DNA of 63,480 nucleotides, the filler included, from Octopus bimaculoides (taxonomy: Eukaryota), in the NCBI RefSeq assembly GCF_001194135.2. It is 6 parts of 5 records of this genome, joined end to end, with 100 filler letters (N's around TTAATTAATTAA, not from the genome) between each part and the next. Parts side by side here need not be neighbours in the genome. Positions count along the whole stretch, not along the records: positions 61,114 to 63,480 come from NC_068988.1; 5 more parts are not named here. One strand, written 5' to 3'. The first letter of the stretch is position 1. Each line of letters begins with the position of its first letter. This document shows positions 61,350 through 63,480 of this stretch, piece by piece. The translations under genes were made by a program, and so were the position numbers. The notes under the pieces were generated by a model. The model made no database searches. It worked only from the letters and a program-made list of their open reading frames with translations, and was not told where the DNA came from.

Positions 61350-61483
61350 ACTGGAACCCTAAGTAAGGCATGTGTAAAATTTGAATGAAATTGGTTGCGT
61401 AGTTCTCGAGTTTTAGGGATTCACACACACACACACACACACACAGACAGACAGACACACATTCTCATTTATATATATATAGA
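61350..61483 (-). mobile_element. Non-autonomous Helitron-like 5' end (TCTATATA start, GTCT/GT microsatellite)
   Basis: Minus strand A|TCTATATATATATAAATGAGAATGTGTGTCTGTCTGTCTG..AAAACTCGAGAACTACGCAACCAATTTCATTCAAATTT, the usual architecture of such elements; 3' CTAG not found. Confidence 0.55.
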
Positions 61484-61897
61484 TTAACTGAATGTTTTTC
61501 CATTAGATTCCTTAACAGATTTCCTCTCTCTTAAGTATGTTAAGTATATTCATTATTACTGGGTTTAATATGTGATAATTAATAAATTCCTCCATAGGCA
61601 CAAGGCCAGAAATTTGGCGAGAGGAGTAAGTGGATTAAATTGACTCCAATAATTCACCAATCAAATACTAGAGTCAACTCAATCTAGTAAACCTTTCTGT
61701 AAATTTCTGTCCTTGTACCTATGCAAGTAATCGTTAATTACAGTATAATTAACACACTAATAATAGATAATAATTAACATAAATGTTTACTTTGGGTGGA
61801 AGAAATCTGTTATAATTTAGGCTTCTGATAAATAGTAATTTTTAAAATGGAATAAATATTGGTTATTTATTCCATTGTTTTAAATTTTTACACAATA

Positions 61898-62650
61898 GGC
61901 ACATGAGTGGCTATGTGGTAAGTAGCTTGCTTAATAACTGCATGGTTGCGGGTTCAGTCCCACTGCGTGGCACCTTGGGCAAGTGTCTTCTACTATAGCT
62001 TTGGGCCGACCAAAGCCTTGTGAGTGGATTTAGTAGATGGAAACTGAAAGAAGCCCATCGTATATATATATANNNNNNNNNNNNNNNNNNNNNNNNNNNN
62101 NNNNNNNNNNNNNNNNNNNNNNNNNNNNNNNNNNNNNNNNNNNNNNNNNNNNNNNNNNNNNNNNNNNNNNNNNNNNNNNNNNNNNNNNNNNNNNNNNNNN
62201 NNNNNNNNNNNNNNNNNNNNNNNNNNNNNNNNNNNNNNNNNNNNNNNNNNNNNNNNNNNNNNNNNNNNNNNNNNNNNNNNNNNNNNNNNNNNNNNNNNNN
62301 NNNNNNNNNNNNNNNNNNNTGACTGAGGACTGGTGCAACCAGATGGCTACACCAGGCTCCAATCTAATTTGGCAGAGTTTCTACAGCTGGATGCCCTTCC
62401 TAACGCCAACCATATATGTATGTATGTATGTATGTATGTGTGTATATGTTTGTGTGTCTGTGTTTGTCCCCCACCCCGCCCCCAACATCGCTTGACAACC
62501 GATGCTGGTATGTTTACGTCCCCCGTAACTTAGCAGTTCGGCAAAAGAGACCGATAGAATAAGTACTAGGCTTACAAAGAATAAGTCCTGGGGTCAATTA
62601 GCTCGACTAAAGGCGGTGCTCCAGCATGGCCACAGTCAAATGACTGAAAT
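61898..62650 (+). mobile_element. Young family B SINE; internal microsatellite contains a gap and a family C insertion (62320-62412)
   Basis: Head 61898-62060, tail 62470-62650 ending CAGTC-AAAT-GACTG-AAA. Confidence 0.88.
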
Positions 62651-62766
62651 AAGCCTAATATAGTTATTGCCATTATCTTTGTTGATTAGACTTGGTTCAA
62701 CCCAAATCCTGTTAATCCATTCGAGCGATTTACCAGCATGGTTTTTTAGAAGTATTAAAGAACAGT

Positions 62767-63065
62767 GATGGCACATGGACTAGTGGTTAAGGTGCTGTAC
62801 TCGTGATTGCTAAATCATGGGTTCAATTCATGGACTGGATGGTGTGTTGTGTTCTTGAGCAAAATACTTCATGTCATGTTGCCCCAGTCCACTCATCTGT
62901 AAAATGGATAACCCTGCGGCAGACAAGACTTCTGATCAGAGGTAATAATGTTGGTCCGCCTGCCTAGCCAGCAGGGTGGCATTGTTCGAAAGCTAAAACG
63001 ATGCAAAGCGGATTGTGATCAGCGATGTATAACAACACCTGATGATCTGGTCGATCACATGATCA
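62767..63065 (+). mobile_element. Family E tRNA-derived SINE with CORE/V-like central domain
   Basis: TGGACTAGTGG A box, GGTTCAATTC B box, GTTCTTGAGCAAAATACTTC..CCACTCATCTGTAAAATGG. Confidence 0.65.
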
Positions 63066-63206
63066 AAGAACTAGATTATCTTGTTTGTCATTCTCTTTTA
63101 AGAGATGGTAGCATGTAATTTGAGGAAGATCTGGTTGCAATTTCTTTCAGGTTGAATAATTGTACAGGAACATAATATATTAACTGATATACTGAATACT
63201 CTAAGT

Positions 63207-63398
63207 CAGGGGTTCTCAAACTTTTTGACTTGCGGACCCCTTTATATTACAGCCTTTACCTTAGGGAGCCCCTTATAAATGCTTATGAAATTTATACATA
63301 AATATTTGCTTAAAATAACATATACTTTTACATTTATTTATTTAACAGTATTTAACAAATAGGTTTATTGTCAATTAAAAGATTGCGATTAAAAAACA
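63207..63398 (+). mobile_element. hAT (Charlie-like) non-autonomous element, left end
   Basis: TIR-like CAGGGGTTCTCAAACT preceded by 8-mer CTCTAAGT; right end not in window. Confidence 0.65.
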
Positions 63399-63399
63399 T

Positions 63400-63480
63400 A
63401 TCATCATCATCATCATCATCATCGTTTAACGTCCGCTTTCCATGCTAGCATGGGTTGGACGATTTGACTGAGGACTGGTG
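63400..63480 (-). mobile_element. Family C retroposon 3' end (truncated by window edge)
   Basis: 63424-63480 is identical to 4524-4580. Confidence 0.9.

Overview
AT-rich, microsatellite- and transposon-saturated animal genomic DNA from a gapped draft scaffold. The SINE families and overall composition suggest an octopod cephalopod; this is inference, not a database result. One convincing intact gene was found: an intronless histone H1 (12273-12845, +). Its globular domain looks replication-independent (H1.0/H5-like), yet it has a canonical replication-dependent 3' stem-loop, and no core histone genes are visible nearby. The rest is a layered TE landscape. DNA transposons include decayed Tc1/mariner-superfamily relics (DD34D mariner, DD37D, rosa/DD41D-like), a 5'-5' rearranged mariner, MITEs, hAT and Helentron/Helitron-type non-autonomous elements. 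Retroelements include L1/Tx1-like, CR1/L2-group, Penelope-like and R4/Dong-like LINE fragments and at least five SINE-like families. Several long palindromes and a near-perfect 194-bp direct duplication are also present. The most interesting signals are (1) a set of (TAA)n-embedded R4/Dong-type elements and probable non-autonomous riders sharing a covarying 3' hairpin, and (2) a CR1/L2-group LINE 3' end sharing a compensated stem-loop with the commonest SINE, suggesting its partner LINE. Almost all other ORF-track entries are microsatellite or N-gap artefacts. No CRISPR array, rRNA or bona fide tRNA gene was seen.
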